From Prochlorococcus sp. HOT208_60m_813L03 (GTDB lineage: Bacteria; Cyanobacteriota; Cyanobacteriia; PCC-6307; Cyanobiaceae), in contig MWOQ01000179.1 in the NCBI GenBank assembly GCA_002026145.1, positions 8,128-72,127 of the forward strand: 64,000 nt of DNA, read 5' to 3'. Under the pieces are notes generated by a model that searched no databases, was not told the DNA's origin, and was given only the letters and a program-made list of their open reading frames with translations. Below, piece by piece: positions 10,295-25,874 of the stretch. The translations under genes were made by a program, and so were the position numbers. Each line of letters opens with the position of its first letter. Position 1 is the stretch's first letter.

Positions 10295-10516
10295 CGGTTA
10301 ATTTCTAGTAACTATGCTGTATAAACAGCTAAACATCACGATAGTAAGGGTTTTTTAGGCTTTGAGGGATTTTTGTAAATAAATTTATTTTCTTGCAAAA
10401 ATTGGGCAAATCAATTGGCAGAACTGAGTTTTTAAGGAATTTTGGGCCAAAAACTGTTAATATTTTGGTCACAATTCTCAAAGTAAAACGCCAAAATAAG
10501 AAAAATAATTAAAAAA

Positions 10517-10880
10517 ATGGCAACTATCAGATTTATTCGTGAGGATTTAGAGGTCCAATGCAATCCGGGTGAAAATTTAAGGGAACTTGTAATGAAAGAG
10601 AATTTACAGCTTTATGGATTAAAAGGTATTTTAGGAAATTGTGGAGGCGCGGGACAATGCAGCACTTGTTTTATTTCAGTTGAAGGTGGAAATAAAAATT
10701 CTTTGAGCCCTCTTACATCTGTTGAAGAAGAAAAACTCAAAAATAGACCAGAAAATTGGCGCCTTGCATGTCAAACATTGATAAAATCATCCGCCGTAAT
10801 TTTAACAAAACCACAATCCCCCCCCCTCAAATTTGGAAGAATTAAAAAAAATTAGTGAAAATAAAAAATTACCGCGATAA
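10517..10880 (+). CDS. 2Fe-2S ferredoxin; apparent +1 frameshift in a C9 run near the C-terminus
   Basis: NCGGAGQCSTC...RLACQ; as written the ORF stops at 10855; removing one C gives ...SPPSNLEELKKISENKKLPR* ending at 10880. Confidence 0.8.
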
Positions 10881-10989
10881 ATAAATTGTTTAAGTCTGTT
10901 AATCAGTTTATAAAATTTGTTTATTTTTCCACTTTATTCCAAGTTATACGTCTATAGTCTTATTACTTAACTATAGAACTAACAATTAC

Positions 10990-11142
10990 ATGGAAACAAC
11001 TAACTTTGGATTCGTAGCTAGTCTTTTGTTTGTAGGGGTGCCAACAATATTCCTAATAGGTTTATTTATTTCTACACAAGATGGAGAAAAATCAAGCTTC
11101 TACTCTGACTCTAGTAAAGGTAGGCTTGGACCAAAACGTTAA
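10990..11142 (+). CDS. psbM: Photosystem II reaction centre protein M
   Basis: Manual translation METTNFGFVASLLFVGVPTIFLIGLFISTQDGEKSSFYSDSSKGRLGPKR*. Confidence 0.92.
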   Translation: METTNFGFVASLLFVGVPTIFLIGLFISTQDGEKSSFYSDSSKGRLGPKR

Positions 11143-11153
11143 TGCTTTAATAA

Positions 11154-12023
11154 ATGCTTTGCATTTCAGTAGAAGAATTTTCATTTTGGAAAAAAAAGCA
11201 ACTTTCTAAAGGAGGCGATGAACAATCTTTTGCTGTTTTACTTGATTGTGTAGGCGGTTTATCGACTAGTGATCTAAACCTGAAAATTATAAATCCTAGG
11301 GAAACCTTACATTTAAAAAAAAATTTAGAATTTTTGGAATCTGTTTGGGATGATCATTTATTAAAATCTTCTCCAATTCAATACCTTTGTGGAAAAGCTT
11401 TTTGGAGAGACTTAAAATTAATAGTTACAAATAAAGTACTTATTCCCAGACCAGAAACAGAGCTCGTAGTAGACATTGTTTTCAAGATATTTCGAAGGAA
11501 GTCAGAGAAATTATTTTTTGCTGAATTAGGAACTGGATCAGGCGCTATAAGTATTGCATTGGCTTTGGCTTATCCATTGAGCAAGGGAGTAGTAACTGAT
11601 ATAGATCAAGACGCATTAGAAATAGCCACTAAAAATTATACAAATTCTTCCAAACAATCGAATTTGAAATTTTATTGTGGAAATTGGTGGTCACCTCTTG
11701 AAAATTTTAAAGGAAAATTAGACCTTGCTGTTTCAAACCCCCCATATATTCCTAGAGATACTTATGAAAAATTACCCAAAGAAGTTAAGAATTTCGAACC
11801 TAAAGTCGCTTTATTAGGCGGCGAAGATGGTTTAGAACACATTAGGGAAATAATACAAAAAGCACCATTTTTTTTAAAAGAGAAGGGTTGGCTAATTTTA
11901 GAAAATCATTTTGATCAGGGAGAAAAAGTAAAACAACTTCTTATTAAAAATAAATTTACATCAATAGAAATTGTGAATGATCTTTCAGGTATTGGTAGGT
12001 TTACCATTGGAAGATATAAATAA
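11154..12023 (+). CDS. prmC: Release factor glutamine methyltransferase
   Basis: PIQYL.G, VLIPRPETE, ELGTGSGAI, SNPPY. Confidence 0.95.
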   Translation: MLCISVEEFSFWKKKQLSKGGDEQSFAVLLDCVGGLSTSDLNLKIINPRETLHLKKNLEFLESVWDDHLLKSSPIQYLCGKAFWRDLKLIVTNKVLIPRPETELVVDIVFKIFRRKSEKLFFAELGTGSGAISIALALAYPLSKGVVTDIDQDALEIATKNYTNSSKQSNLKFYCGNWWSPLENFKGKLDLAVSNPPYIPRDTYEKLPKEVKNFEPKVALLGGEDGLEHIREIIQKAPFFLKEKGWLILENHFDQGEKVKQLLIKNKFTSIEIVNDLSGIGRFTIGRYK

Positions 12024-12046
12024 ATTATTACAGGTTCATACTCTAA

Positions 12047-12628
12047 ATGAATTTAGTAGACAGCAAATGCGCTATGAAGATCCTTAAAGGTGGTTTACCT
12101 ATAATCTTCCCAACTGACACATTACCTGCGATTGGATGCTTGCCAAAATTTTCAAATGTTATTTACAAATTCAAAAAAAGAGATAGAGATAAACCCTTAA
12201 TTCTTATGGGATCAGAACATAAACAATTAATTGATTATGTTCATGAATCAGCTAAAGAAGATTATGAAAATATGGCTTCAAAATATTGGCCTGGAGCTCT
12301 AACAATGGTTATTCCTGCTTCAGAAAAGCAGACTACAATCCTCACAAGCAATGATCTTACTCTTGGGTTGAGGATTCCAAATTCATATATGGCGCAATCT
12401 CTCATGAGAGAAACAGGCCCATTGTTAACTTCAAGTGCAAATATCTCAGGTTCTAAAGGATCATCTACAGTTGAAGGTATTGCTCTAGATTTCCCTTCGG
12501 TAAAAATTTTGGGGCCTATCCCCTGGGAAAAATTGAGTGGGAAAGCTAGTACTATTATATTTTGGAAGAAAAGTGGAGATTGGAGACTAATTAGAGAAGG
12601 AGAAGTATTAGTTAGGGAGTTATATTAA
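12047..12628 (+). CDS. tsaC: L-threonylcarbamoyladenylate synthase (Sua5/YrdC)
   Basis: FPTDT, K.R...KPL, WPGALT, TSSANISG. Confidence 0.88.
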   Translation: MNLVDSKCAMKILKGGLPIIFPTDTLPAIGCLPKFSNVIYKFKKRDRDKPLILMGSEHKQLIDYVHESAKEDYENMASKYWPGALTMVIPASEKQTTILTSNDLTLGLRIPNSYMAQSLMRETGPLLTSSANISGSKGSSTVEGIALDFPSVKILGPIPWEKLSGKASTIIFWKKSGDWRLIREGEVLVRELY

Positions 12629-12795
12629 TGTTTTTATTATTATTTTTTGTTTTATTAATTCAATTTTTTACTTATTGGATATTTGAACCCATTGCATCTT
12701 TTTTAGGGTATGTTCTCGAAATAAGATTATTTCCTATCATTGCTCTGATAGGTTTAGTCTTTTTATTTTCAGCAAAGAATATTGAACAGAATTAA
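12628..12795 (+). CDS. Small membrane protein (55 aa)
   Basis: ATG overlaps the tsaC stop (TAATG); MFLLLFFVLLIQFFTYWIFEPIASFLGYVLEIRLFPIIALIGLVFLFSAKNIEQN*. Confidence 0.55.
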   Translation: MFLLLFFVLLIQFFTYWIFEPIASFLGYVLEIRLFPIIALIGLVFLFSAKNIEQN

Positions 12796-12806
12796 ATAAA
12801 TCAAAA

Positions 12807-12878
12807 TGCCGGCTAACAGATTTGAACTGATGACCTTCGCTTTACAAAAGCGCTGCTCTACCGCTGAGCTAAGCCGGC
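12807..12878 (-). tRNA. trnT: tRNA-Thr(TGT)
   Basis: Reverse complement GCCGGCTTAGCTCAGCGGTAGAGCAGCGCTTTTGTAAAGCGAAGGTCATCAGTTCAAATCTGTTAGCCGGCA. Confidence 0.95.
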
Positions 12879-12943
12879 AATTTCTTCATCTTACAATTAG
12901 GGAGGGTCAATTATCAGTATTTTTTTAGCTTTTTTTAAATTTA

Positions 12944-13279
12944 TTACTTTTTGATATCTTTGTTAGCTTTATCAGTTTTATCAGTTTTTTTGAATTTTAT
13001 TTCTCCTGAAATAGTTCTTTTGATTGGCAAATTGGCAACTAGTGCGGTCATTCTATCCTCAGTCTCCAAACTTACTGCCACCTCCTCAAAATCAATTTCA
13101 ACATATTTAGCAACAACATCAAGGATCTCTTTCCTCATTTTATCTAAAAGATCAGTTGTTAAGGAACTCATATCAACTCTGTCGTGAGCAAGTACAAGTT
13201 GTAATCTTTCTCTAGCTGTATTCGCACTAGACGTTTCTCTGCCTAGTAATTTATTTATAAGATCTCTGAGAGTCATCAT
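12944..13279 (-). CDS. minE: Cell division topological specificity factor
   Basis: [30 protein letters not shown]; follows minD. Confidence 0.95.
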   Translation of the reverse strand: MMTLRDLINKLLGRETSSANTARERLQLVLAHDRVDMSSLTTDLLDKMRKEILDVVAKYVEIDFEEVAVSLETEDRMTALVANLPIKRTISGEIKFKKTDKTDKANKDIKK

Positions 13280-13280
13280 T

Positions 13281-14096
13281 TTAAAAAACCTTTGTTTGCA
13301 TTAATCTCATGAATTTATCTTTAAGACTTTTGCCTTCTTTTTTAAGATCGATAATTGGTACATCTTTATTTGTAAGTCTTTGAGAAACATTCAAATAACA
13401 TTTTTTTGCAGGAGATCTACCATCTGAAAGTGTCAGTGGTTCTCCTCTATTTGTACTTATTATTACTTGTTCATCTTCTAAGACAATCCCTAATAAAGGC
13501 AAAGAAAGGATCCCTTGAACATCCTCGATGGATAACATTTCTTGACTAGCCATCATGTTAGGGCGAACTCTATTGATTACAAGTTGAATAGGCCCAATAT
13601 CTGAAGTATTAAGAATCCCTATTACTCTATCTGCATCCCGCACTGCTGATAATTCCGGGTTTGTTACAACAATAGCTTCTTTACAGGCTGCAAGAGCATT
13701 TTTAAAGCCATCTTCTACACCAGCAGGACAATCTACTAGGACAAAATCAAATTTCTCACTAAGTAGCTCACTAATTTTTTTCATATCTTCGGGTTTCATC
13801 CAATCCAACATCCTTGGATCTCCAGCAGGTAGAAGAGCAAGATTAGGTTCCTTTTTATGTCTAACCAATGCTTGGTCAAGACGACAATTTTTGTCTAGAA
13901 CATCTTGAGCCGTATAAATGATGCGATTTTCTAATCCTAGAAGAAGATCTAAATTTCTTAAGCCAAAATCAGCATCTAATACAGCAGTTGTTGCTCCGCT
14001 ATTAGCAAGTGCTATTCCTAGGTTTGCAGTTAAAGTTGTTTTGCCAACTCCTCCTTTACCTGAACAAATTAATATTGTGCGAGTATTCTTCCCCAC
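13281..14096 (-). CDS. minD: Septum site-determining ATPase
   Basis: [25 protein letters not shown]. Confidence 0.97.
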   Translation of the reverse strand: MGKNTRTILICSGKGGVGKTTLTANLGIALANSGATTAVLDADFGLRNLDLLLGLENRIIYTAQDVLDKNCRLDQALVRHKKEPNLALLPAGDPRMLDWMKPEDMKKISELLSEKFDFVLVDCPAGVEDGFKNALAACKEAIVVTNPELSAVRDADRVIGILNTSDIGPIQLVINRVRPNMMASQEMLSIEDVQGILSLPLLGIVLEDEQVIISTNRGEPLTLSDGRSPAKKCYLNVSQRLTNKDVPIIDLKKEGKSLKDKFMRLMQTKVF

Positions 14097-14207
14097 GATT
14101 TTTAAGATTTTACAAATAATAAAGCCACTTGCAGAAAGTTAAATATTTTAAAGATTAAGTAATTCTTAAATTTATCTATTTTGAATTAATTTATTGCAAA
14201 TTATTGA

Positions 14208-14870
14208 TTAATTTTTATTTTCGATTAAGTGTGGTTTGATAATTATCGTTTGTTTATCTATTACCGCAATCTCTGGATAACAATTTTTAGGTTTATCCTT
14301 TGGTCCTATAGCTATCATATCTGCAATTCTCAACTGTAAAGGGTTTAGATAAAGTGATGCAATAGATGCATTTTTATTTCCACTTTTCCCTGCGAATGCG
14401 ATCCCTAGTAATTTGCCCCAAACATAAATATTTTTCTTAGCAGAAACAATTGCTCCTGGATTAACGTCTCCAATAATGCATAGGTTTCCATTTGAAGATA
14501 TTCTTTCACCGGATCGTACTGTTCCTTTGTGAAGGATATCGTCTTTCTTTTTTGAATTTATCGACAGTAACTTTTTTTTAATATCTGGCTCTTTAATAAA
14601 AACTGAATCAATTTTTAAAGACTTCCCACTTAATACTGTATTTCTATTATTTGAGTAAATGCGCAAAGAACAAACATTAATTTTGTTAAGGTGGGTTTTT
14701 AATTTTGCTAATTGAAGAGAACTTATTGACTCGCTGACAGCAAAAATTCTTGCTTCTAAAGGTTCCTTGATGGAAGAAAACCTTTTTAATGTTTCATGGA
14801 TATTATCTAAATCTAATAAAGAAAAAATCTCTAGATATTCAATCTTAGAATTTTTTAAAACAATTTTCAT
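14208..14870 (-). CDS. minC: Septum site-determining protein
   Basis: TVRSGE...IIGDVNPGA...IYVWGKLLG.A.AG C-terminal domain; minCDE order. Confidence 0.92.
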   Translation of the reverse strand: MKIVLKNSKIEYLEIFSLLDLDNIHETLKRFSSIKEPLEARIFAVSESISSLQLAKLKTHLNKINVCSLRIYSNNRNTVLSGKSLKIDSVFIKEPDIKKKLLSINSKKKDDILHKGTVRSGERISSNGNLCIIGDVNPGAIVSAKKNIYVWGKLLGIAFAGKSGNKNASIASLYLNPLQLRIADMIAIGPKDKPKNCYPEIAVIDKQTIIIKPHLIENKN

Positions 14871-14880
14871 TGAATTAAAT

Positions 14881-16137
14881 CTAGGGATTGTTTTTTATTA
14901 ATGAAATTTCATTTTTAATTTCATTTTTGATCATATCTGGATAAATAATTAAAGAGCTTTCCTCAGATCTCATTAAAGTTTTTATTAATGCAGAACTATT
15001 TTCTAATGCGCTTTGATGAGTGCCGTCCCATATTTTTAGCGCATTATTAGATTCAAAACCTTTAAAAGACTTTTCCTTAATGCCACAAAATATTTCTGAA
15101 TCATAACCATTCTTTTCACATAATTTTGTGGCAAATGCAAGGATTTTTAATCTATTCATTTTACTTAAAAAACTTATGTCTGAGCCCTTCAATAAATCTC
15201 TGTCAATAAACATTTTGCATAGCGTAGAAAGTGGCTCAAAAGATTCATCTTTCCATCTAATCAAATGATAATAAAAAGTTATATCATCATTTCTTATGAA
15301 ATCATCAAAATCAACCTTTGAAGGTGAAAAAATCCATTTATATAGAGAATTATCTAACCAAATATTCTTTTCATAATTATGTTTTATTGTGTGTAATATT
15401 TTTTCTAGAATCCATGTTGATATTTCATTTATCTTGTGATTGTAGATAGTTCTGTACATCAAGTTTCTAAGAACAAGGAAATGCTCAATTGCGATCACTC
15501 CTTTTGGTTTGATTCCAATATTCCCATCAGGTGAAAAGGTAAGAGCTGAAATTATTCTCTCTAAATCTACTAAACCGTAGTTAGTACCTGTGTTGTAACT
15601 ATCGCGTAAAAGATAATCGAGACGATCGCAATCAATCTCACTACTTATCAATGTTTTTAAAGGTTTTGAAAATAGTTGTTTTGATTGAAATAATTCACAA
15701 ATTTTTCTGGGTAAATCCTTGTCATACTTTTTGAGGATTGAATTTATTGGAGAATAATTTTTAACTAAATTTTCAGACCATTGTTCGTGATCATGCTCGA
15801 ATATTGTTTCGCTGGTATGGCTTAAAGGTCCATGACCTAAATCATGTAGTAGAGCTGCTCCATAAAGAACAAATTTATTTTCACAAAATGAAGATTTACT
15901 TTCAATTAATCTCTTAAAAATTTTTCTAGCTATACAAAAAACACCAATTGAGTGAGTAAATCTACTCGATTCTGCACCATGAAAAAGTAATGATGCCGCT
16001 CCAAGTTGTTTTATTCTTCTTAGTCTTTGAAAAGCAACTGTATCAATTAATTCCATAATCATTAATTCTTCTGGCTTTCCTGCATCAAATACTATTTCTT
16101 TATGAATTGGGTCATGAAAAATTCTTTTAATACTCAT
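14881..16137 (-). CDS. HD-superfamily phosphohydrolase (dNTPase-like)
   Basis: DPIH, FQRLRRIKQLG, SRFTHSIG, LLHDLGHGPLSH, DCDRLDYLLRD. Confidence 0.9.
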   Translation of the reverse strand: MSIKRIFHDPIHKEIVFDAGKPEELMIMELIDTVAFQRLRRIKQLGAASLLFHGAESSRFTHSIGVFCIARKIFKRLIESKSSFCENKFVLYGAALLHDLGHGPLSHTSETIFEHDHEQWSENLVKNYSPINSILKKYDKDLPRKICELFQSKQLFSKPLKTLISSEIDCDRLDYLLRDSYNTGTNYGLVDLERIISALTFSPDGNIGIKPKGVIAIEHFLVLRNLMYRTIYNHKINEISTWILEKILHTIKHNYEKNIWLDNSLYKWIFSPSKVDFDDFIRNDDITFYYHLIRWKDESFEPLSTLCKMFIDRDLLKGSDISFLSKMNRLKILAFATKLCEKNGYDSEIFCGIKEKSFKGFESNNALKIWDGTHQSALENSSALIKTLMRSEESSLIIYPDMIKNEIKNEISLIKNNP

Positions 16138-16164
16138 ATTTTTAAAATTTTTTATTTTCAATCT

Positions 16165-17460
16165 TTAGCCATTTAAAGATTTAATTTCTTCATCGTTTAA
16201 TTCAATTGTTTGAACTGGAACTTCTTCTTTTTCTAAAAGCGACCCTAAAAATAATTCCGCATTCCTCACCCATTTATCGTCAGTACTTCCAAAATCACTT
16301 GCATCCGGTAGATCAAGTAATTTGTCAGGTGTTATACCTTGGCCTTGAATATTATTACCATCTGGTGTTAAGTAACTAGCCACTGTTATAGCAATACCAC
16401 TATCTTCTCCCAAACTTTTTAGGGATTGAATTAAACCTTTACCATAAGTTTGTTCTCCCATAAGAATTGACCTCTCATTATCTTGTAAAGAACCAGCAAG
16501 TATTTCACTGGCACTTGCAGTGCCTTTATTTACTAAAGTCACCATTGGTCCATCAAAAGATGTCTCTTTTTGAGAAATAATTGCATCTTTGATTCCATTT
16601 CTATCTTTTGTCTCGACTACGGGTTTCTCAATCAATAATGAGTCTGCAACTGCAATACCTGAGCTTACTAGTCCCCCTGAATTATTTCTAAGATCCAAGA
16701 TTAAGCCCTCAACCTCTTTTTCTTTTAACTCTTGAAGAGCCTCTTCAACTTTTTTGGGTACGCTTTCGCTAAATTGAGTTATCCTTAAATACCCTATTGT
16801 GTGTGAATCGTCTCTTAATCTTTTTGTTCTAACCGGTCTTAGATCTACTGATCTCCTCTCTAAATCGACTTCCCTAATTTCTCCTAATTCCCCAGATAAT
16901 TCAACTAAAACTTTTGTCCCTGATGCACCTCTTAATTTAGCGGCGGTATTTGCAAGCCCTAATTTTTCTGATGAGATTCCATCCACTGTCTCGATAATGT
17001 CCCCGCTCACTATTCCAGCTTCTTCAGCTGGCGACCCCCCAAGAGTAGAAATAACTTTAACTTTATTGTTATCATCTTCACCTAATTGAAGCCCAACACC
17101 ATTAATTTCACTCCCAAAATTACTTGATTTCAGTAGCTCATAATCTTTGGGGCGTAAAACTCTCGTGTAGGGATCGTCTAGAGGTCTTAACATGTCTTCA
17201 ATTGCGGAATAAGCTTCTTCACTTGTTTCAATTTGTTTCTGTAACGTCTTTTGTCTAATTCTTTTCCATTGGATTTCATCAAACTTTTCTGGATCATAAA
17301 AACCTTCGTTTACCAAGGTCCAAGCGTCAAGTACTAATTGCCTGCTATCACTGAGAGCATCCACTCTTTCAATCAAGAAAAGATTGATAGAAAAAACAAC
17401 GATCATTAAGACAGTGATCATAGTTTTGAATGTTAAAAGTTTGTTAAAAGATGAATTCAT
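16165..17460 (-). CDS. ctpA: Carboxyl-terminal processing protease (S41)
   Basis: PDZ domain, LDLRNNSGG, TASASEI, TYGKG. Confidence 0.9.
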   Translation of the reverse strand: MNSSFNKLLTFKTMITVLMIVVFSINLFLIERVDALSDSRQLVLDAWTLVNEGFYDPEKFDEIQWKRIRQKTLQKQIETSEEAYSAIEDMLRPLDDPYTRVLRPKDYELLKSSNFGSEINGVGLQLGEDDNNKVKVISTLGGSPAEEAGIVSGDIIETVDGISSEKLGLANTAAKLRGASGTKVLVELSGELGEIREVDLERRSVDLRPVRTKRLRDDSHTIGYLRITQFSESVPKKVEEALQELKEKEVEGLILDLRNNSGGLVSSGIAVADSLLIEKPVVETKDRNGIKDAIISQKETSFDGPMVTLVNKGTASASEILAGSLQDNERSILMGEQTYGKGLIQSLKSLGEDSGIAITVASYLTPDGNNIQGQGITPDKLLDLPDASDFGSTDDKWVRNAELFLGSLLEKEEVPVQTIELNDEEIKSLNG

Positions 17461-17531
17461 TGGGTTAAGTGTTAACACCAAGTATAAGAATTTTAAGTAA
17501 GCTCTTTATATCAAAGCTAATTTTTTTTTGG

Positions 17532-18188
17532 ATGGCGAATTCCTCATCTGTTTATGACTGGTTTCAAGAAAGGCTTGAAATCCAAGACATAACTGACGAC
17601 GTAACTTCCAAGTACGTACCCCCTCACGTAAATATTTTTTATTGTTTAGGAGGCATAACTTTAGTATGCTTCTTAATTCAATTTGCAACAGGTTTTGCAA
17701 TGACTTTTTACTATAAGCCTACTGTTACACAAGCTTATAGTTCAGTCAGTTATTTAATGACCGATGTAAGCTTTGGATGGTTAATAAGATCCGTGCATAG
17801 ATGGAGTGCATCAATGATGGTTTTGATGTTAATCCTTCATGTCTTTAGGGTTTATCTAACCGGAGGCTTTAAAAGACCAAGAGAATTAACTTGGGTTACA
17901 GGTGTTGTAATGGCAGTCATAACTGTCGCTTTTGGAGTAACAGGTTACTCTCTACCTTGGGATCAGGTGGGTTATTGGGCAGTTAAGATTGTTTCAGGTG
18001 TCCCTGCTGCAATACCAGTAATCGGAGACTTTATGGTTGAACTTCTTAGAGGTGGAGAAAGTGTTGGACAATCAACATTAACAAGATTTTATAGTCTTCA
18101 TACTTTTGTATTGCCATGGTCATTAGCAGTTTTCATGTTGATGCACTTTTTAATGATTCGTAAACAGGGTATTTCAGGTCCTTTATAA
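17532..18188 (+). CDS. petB: Cytochrome b6
   Basis: [29 protein letters not shown]; start set at ATG 17532. Confidence 0.98.
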   Translation: MANSSSVYDWFQERLEIQDITDDVTSKYVPPHVNIFYCLGGITLVCFLIQFATGFAMTFYYKPTVTQAYSSVSYLMTDVSFGWLIRSVHRWSASMMVLMLILHVFRVYLTGGFKRPRELTWVTGVVMAVITVAFGVTGYSLPWDQVGYWAVKIVSGVPAAIPVIGDFMVELLRGGESVGQSTLTRFYSLHTFVLPWSLAVFMLMHFLMIRKQGISGPL

Positions 18189-18222
18189 ACCCTTATACTA
18201 AAACCATTATTAGTTTTTTCAT

Positions 18223-18705
18223 ATGTCTACGTTAAAAAAACCAGATCTGTCTGATCCAAAATTGAGAGCAAAGTTAGCTAAAGGTATGGGACATAATTAT
18301 TATGGTGAACCAGCTTGGCCAAATGATTTATTATATATCTTCCCTGTTGTTATCTTAGGAACTATTGCCTGCGTAGTTGGATTAGCAGTTCTTGATCCTG
18401 CGATGTTGGGAGACAAAGCTAATCCTTTCGCAACACCCCTTGAAATACTTCCTGAATGGTACCTTTACCCAGTTTTTCAAATACTTAGAGTTGTTCCTAA
18501 TAAACTTTTAGGTATTGCACTTCAAACATTAATCCCACTTGGATTAATGATTTTACCCTTTATCGAAAACGTTAATAAATTTTCTAATCCATTTAGAAGA
18601 CCAATAGCAATGTCTGTTTTCTTATTTGGAACTTTTCTAACAATATACCTAGGTATTGGGGCATGCTTGCCAATTGATAAATCACTAACCTTAGGACTTT
18701 TTTAG
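18223..18705 (+). CDS. petD: Cytochrome b6-f subunit IV
   Basis: [21 protein letters not shown]. Confidence 0.98.
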
Positions 18706-18707
18706 AC

Positions 18708-20147
18708 TCAAATTTTAAACATATCTAGATCGTTATATTCATTCCTTAAAAAATGATTCATCAATAAAAATCCTACAATAGTCCAAGTTTGATATGTTCT
18801 TGATTGTTGTCCAACCCAAGTACCTGTAGGACCATCAAAATATTCTGCCCATTCTTGCTTAGGTAATTGATTGAGTTGACACCAATATGATTCCTCTATT
18901 AAAGATTTCATTTCTTCCATGAGGATCACATCGTCTGAACCATAATGTTTTTGATGCAATAGGACAGCCGTACCAAAAAACCAAAGTAAGCTTGGCCAAT
19001 GACCGCCATTATGGTAACTCCAAGGCCAATTCTTTGGATCAGATCCAGTTTTATTTTGCCATTCCTCGACATCCATATGAGGATGACAAATTCTCATAGG
19101 CATTTGAGCCATCAAATGCTGTCTGTTATGTAAAACTAATCTAAATAGAGCTCTTTGTTCTTCAGGAGGCAGAACTCCGAACATACATGCTAAAGAATTG
19201 CCTAAACTGTAAAATCGAAAGTCAGGCCTTCCTGTCCTAATATTACCTATTAAGTAACCACCTCTATTCTCTAACCAATCTTGTAGCCATGAGGGAACCA
19301 CTTGAGGTTGAACGTTAAATTCATTGAAGTGTTGATCATCACCATATTGCTCAGTTGGCCTTCTTCTTAAAATTTGCATTGTTTGGCTGGTAACCCAATA
19401 ATGCTTTAAAAGAAAACTTCCTAAATCCCTAACCCATTGATTTGTAAGAATAAGTCTTTGGTCTAAAAGTCTACTAACATGATCTGCTCTACTTAGTTCC
19501 ATTAAATGAATGCAACTTTTTAAACATCCATGAAGTAAAACTTCAACTTCTAGTGGTGCTCCCCATACATCCATGGGTCTATCAATCATAAATGCGCAAT
19601 CTGGAACAAAAAGTACTGGAGTACCCTCAAATGTTGGATGTAGAACTAGATCTAGTAGAAGTTGAATACCTCTTTGAACGCTTTGACTTTTCCCAAATGC
19701 ATAATCACCGCTTTTATTGACATAATACCAACATAAAATGGGCCACCATAAACTTGCATCAGCTGAAGTGATCCTCCCTATTGATCTCTGACCATAGTCT
19801 CCAATGAGCTGTCCATTTTCTTCAACGAAACTAGTAGGAAATACACCACGCGTTTGGTAATTAGAGCTTTGTAACTCAAGGCATACACTTAGGAACTTTT
19901 TAACAATTTCGTATCTTTTTTGGGTAATGAGGTAAATCATTACGGGAACATTGTCTCTTAAAAATATTTCTCCATAATTTAATTTTTTATTTTTTGTTGG
20001 GTGTTCTAGTGCAGCGACGCTTCCCACTAACTCGCCTGATATCTCAACCAAGGTCTTTTCGAAGTGTTTTTTTGCATTTGTTACAATTTTCTCCTCTTCA
20101 GAACTTGGTCTTACTCTTAAATTTTTTTGACTAAATCTTTCTGCCAT
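18708..20147 (-). CDS. Alkaline/neutral invertase (GH100)
   Basis: LNYGEIFLRD, DYGQRSIGR, MIDRPMDV, WSYHNGGHWP, EYFDG, YQTWTI. Confidence 0.9.
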   Translation of the reverse strand: MAERFSQKNLRVRPSSEEEKIVTNAKKHFEKTLVEISGELVGSVAALEHPTKNKKLNYGEIFLRDNVPVMIYLITQKRYEIVKKFLSVCLELQSSNYQTRGVFPTSFVEENGQLIGDYGQRSIGRITSADASLWWPILCWYYVNKSGDYAFGKSQSVQRGIQLLLDLVLHPTFEGTPVLFVPDCAFMIDRPMDVWGAPLEVEVLLHGCLKSCIHLMELSRADHVSRLLDQRLILTNQWVRDLGSFLLKHYWVTSQTMQILRRRPTEQYGDDQHFNEFNVQPQVVPSWLQDWLENRGGYLIGNIRTGRPDFRFYSLGNSLACMFGVLPPEEQRALFRLVLHNRQHLMAQMPMRICHPHMDVEEWQNKTGSDPKNWPWSYHNGGHWPSLLWFFGTAVLLHQKHYGSDDVILMEEMKSLIEESYWCQLNQLPKQEWAEYFDGPTGTWVGQQSRTYQTWTIVGFLLMNHFLRNEYNDLDMFKI

Positions 20148-20748
20148 TTCATTTATATCCCTTTATTTAAGCCTAGTTGTTTAATGAGACTTTGATCAAA
20201 TAAAAAATTAAAAAAAAATTTTTGTATAAAAGGTTGCACAATTACAGTTGGATGGTTTAGTATTTTCTTCTGGGCAGAAATATACTTTTTGCATTATTCA
20301 GGAAATTATCTTAAATCTATTTTTTGATAAATGAATGAATTTTTTGGAGATTTGATTTCGATCATTATTTTCAGCCAGAAGAAGGTTTTTACCTTCGAAA
20401 TGAGTTGATCACTTGTTGTTTAACTCTGCACCTAGAAAATTTAAAAACTTAGGAACTGATGCTTTTATTGCGTCAAGAACAACTAAATTTTTTTTAGTTT
20501 TTTCAAGATGTATATGCAATAAAGGTGTGAGGTCCCGTCAAGAATATATAAAAATGTCATCAATTGCTAACTTTTAGCTTTGATGCAAACGGATCTGAGA
20601 TCTTGGAAAGTCACTTTAAAATATTTTTAATGTGCACTCAATGTAATCCTTAAAATTTAAGGAGGCTAAAACTAAATTCAAAAACTGAAGTTTTTATTTG
20701 GATAAAGCAATTCAATTTGAGTAGATTTATCTACAAAAGGATTTGAAC

Positions 20749-22232
<1,484 letters not shown>

Positions 22233-22358
22233 ACAGGGAGACAACAAAATGTTTAATATTATTATTTTGTCACCTTAGGTCGATCGGTATCTCACGTTCT
22301 TAATTTGTTAAGAATTTCATTTCCTAAGTTTTTCTAGGTCACACCCATTATTTTTCCT

Positions 22359-22432
<74 letters not shown>

Positions 22433-22444
22433 TATCTCTATGTT

Positions 22445-22517
22445 GGGGGTATAGCTCAGTTGGTAGAGCGCCTGCTTTGCAAGCAGGATGTCAGCGGTTC
22501 GAGTCCGCTTACCTCCA
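22445..22517 (+). tRNA. trnA: tRNA-Ala(TGC) in the ITS
   Basis: GGGGGTATAGCTCAG...TTTGCAA...TACCTCCA. Confidence 0.97.
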
Positions 22518-22775
22518 CTGATTACCACCTCTTCCATAACCGATAGATAGGAAATGTTTTGAGTTGTGATCATTATTCTGAACGAATCTAGCTTCCTAAT
22601 GAAAGCATTAAGATGCTGGACTCATTGAATTAATTTCATTGTTTTCAGAGAACCTTGACAACTGCATAGATTATTTTTAAAGACAATAAGCATCTTTAAT
22701 GATGCAGATTTATTATTTGTGCGAATGCATTAATAACAATTCTATTAAGCTGATGCTTCAATTTTTGAAGTTATT

Positions 22776-25650
<2,875 letters not shown>

Positions 25651-25712
25651 AATAAACTTAATTTATTGTTTTTAATATATAATTTTCTATGCAGTTCTCA
25701 AGGTTCACACTA

Positions 25713-25829
25713 TCCTGGTGTTCATGGCGATGTGGAACCACTCCGATCCATCTCGAACTCGGTTGTGAAACGCATCAGCGGCGAAAATATTTAGGGGGTA
25801 GCCCCTTGAGAAAATAGCTCAATGCCAGG
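25713..25829 (+). rRNA. rrf: 5S rRNA
   Basis: TCCTGGTG...CCATCTCGAACTCGGTTGTGAAAC...TGCCAGG. Confidence 0.95.
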
Positions 25830-25840
25830 TAAAAATATTT

Positions 25841-25874
25841 AAAAGGGTTTACTCTTCATGAGTAAGCCCTTTTT
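25841..25874. terminator. Bidirectional terminator between the rRNA operon and mutM
   Basis: AAAAGGGTTTACTC-TTCAT-GAGTAAGCCCTTTT. Confidence 0.75.
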
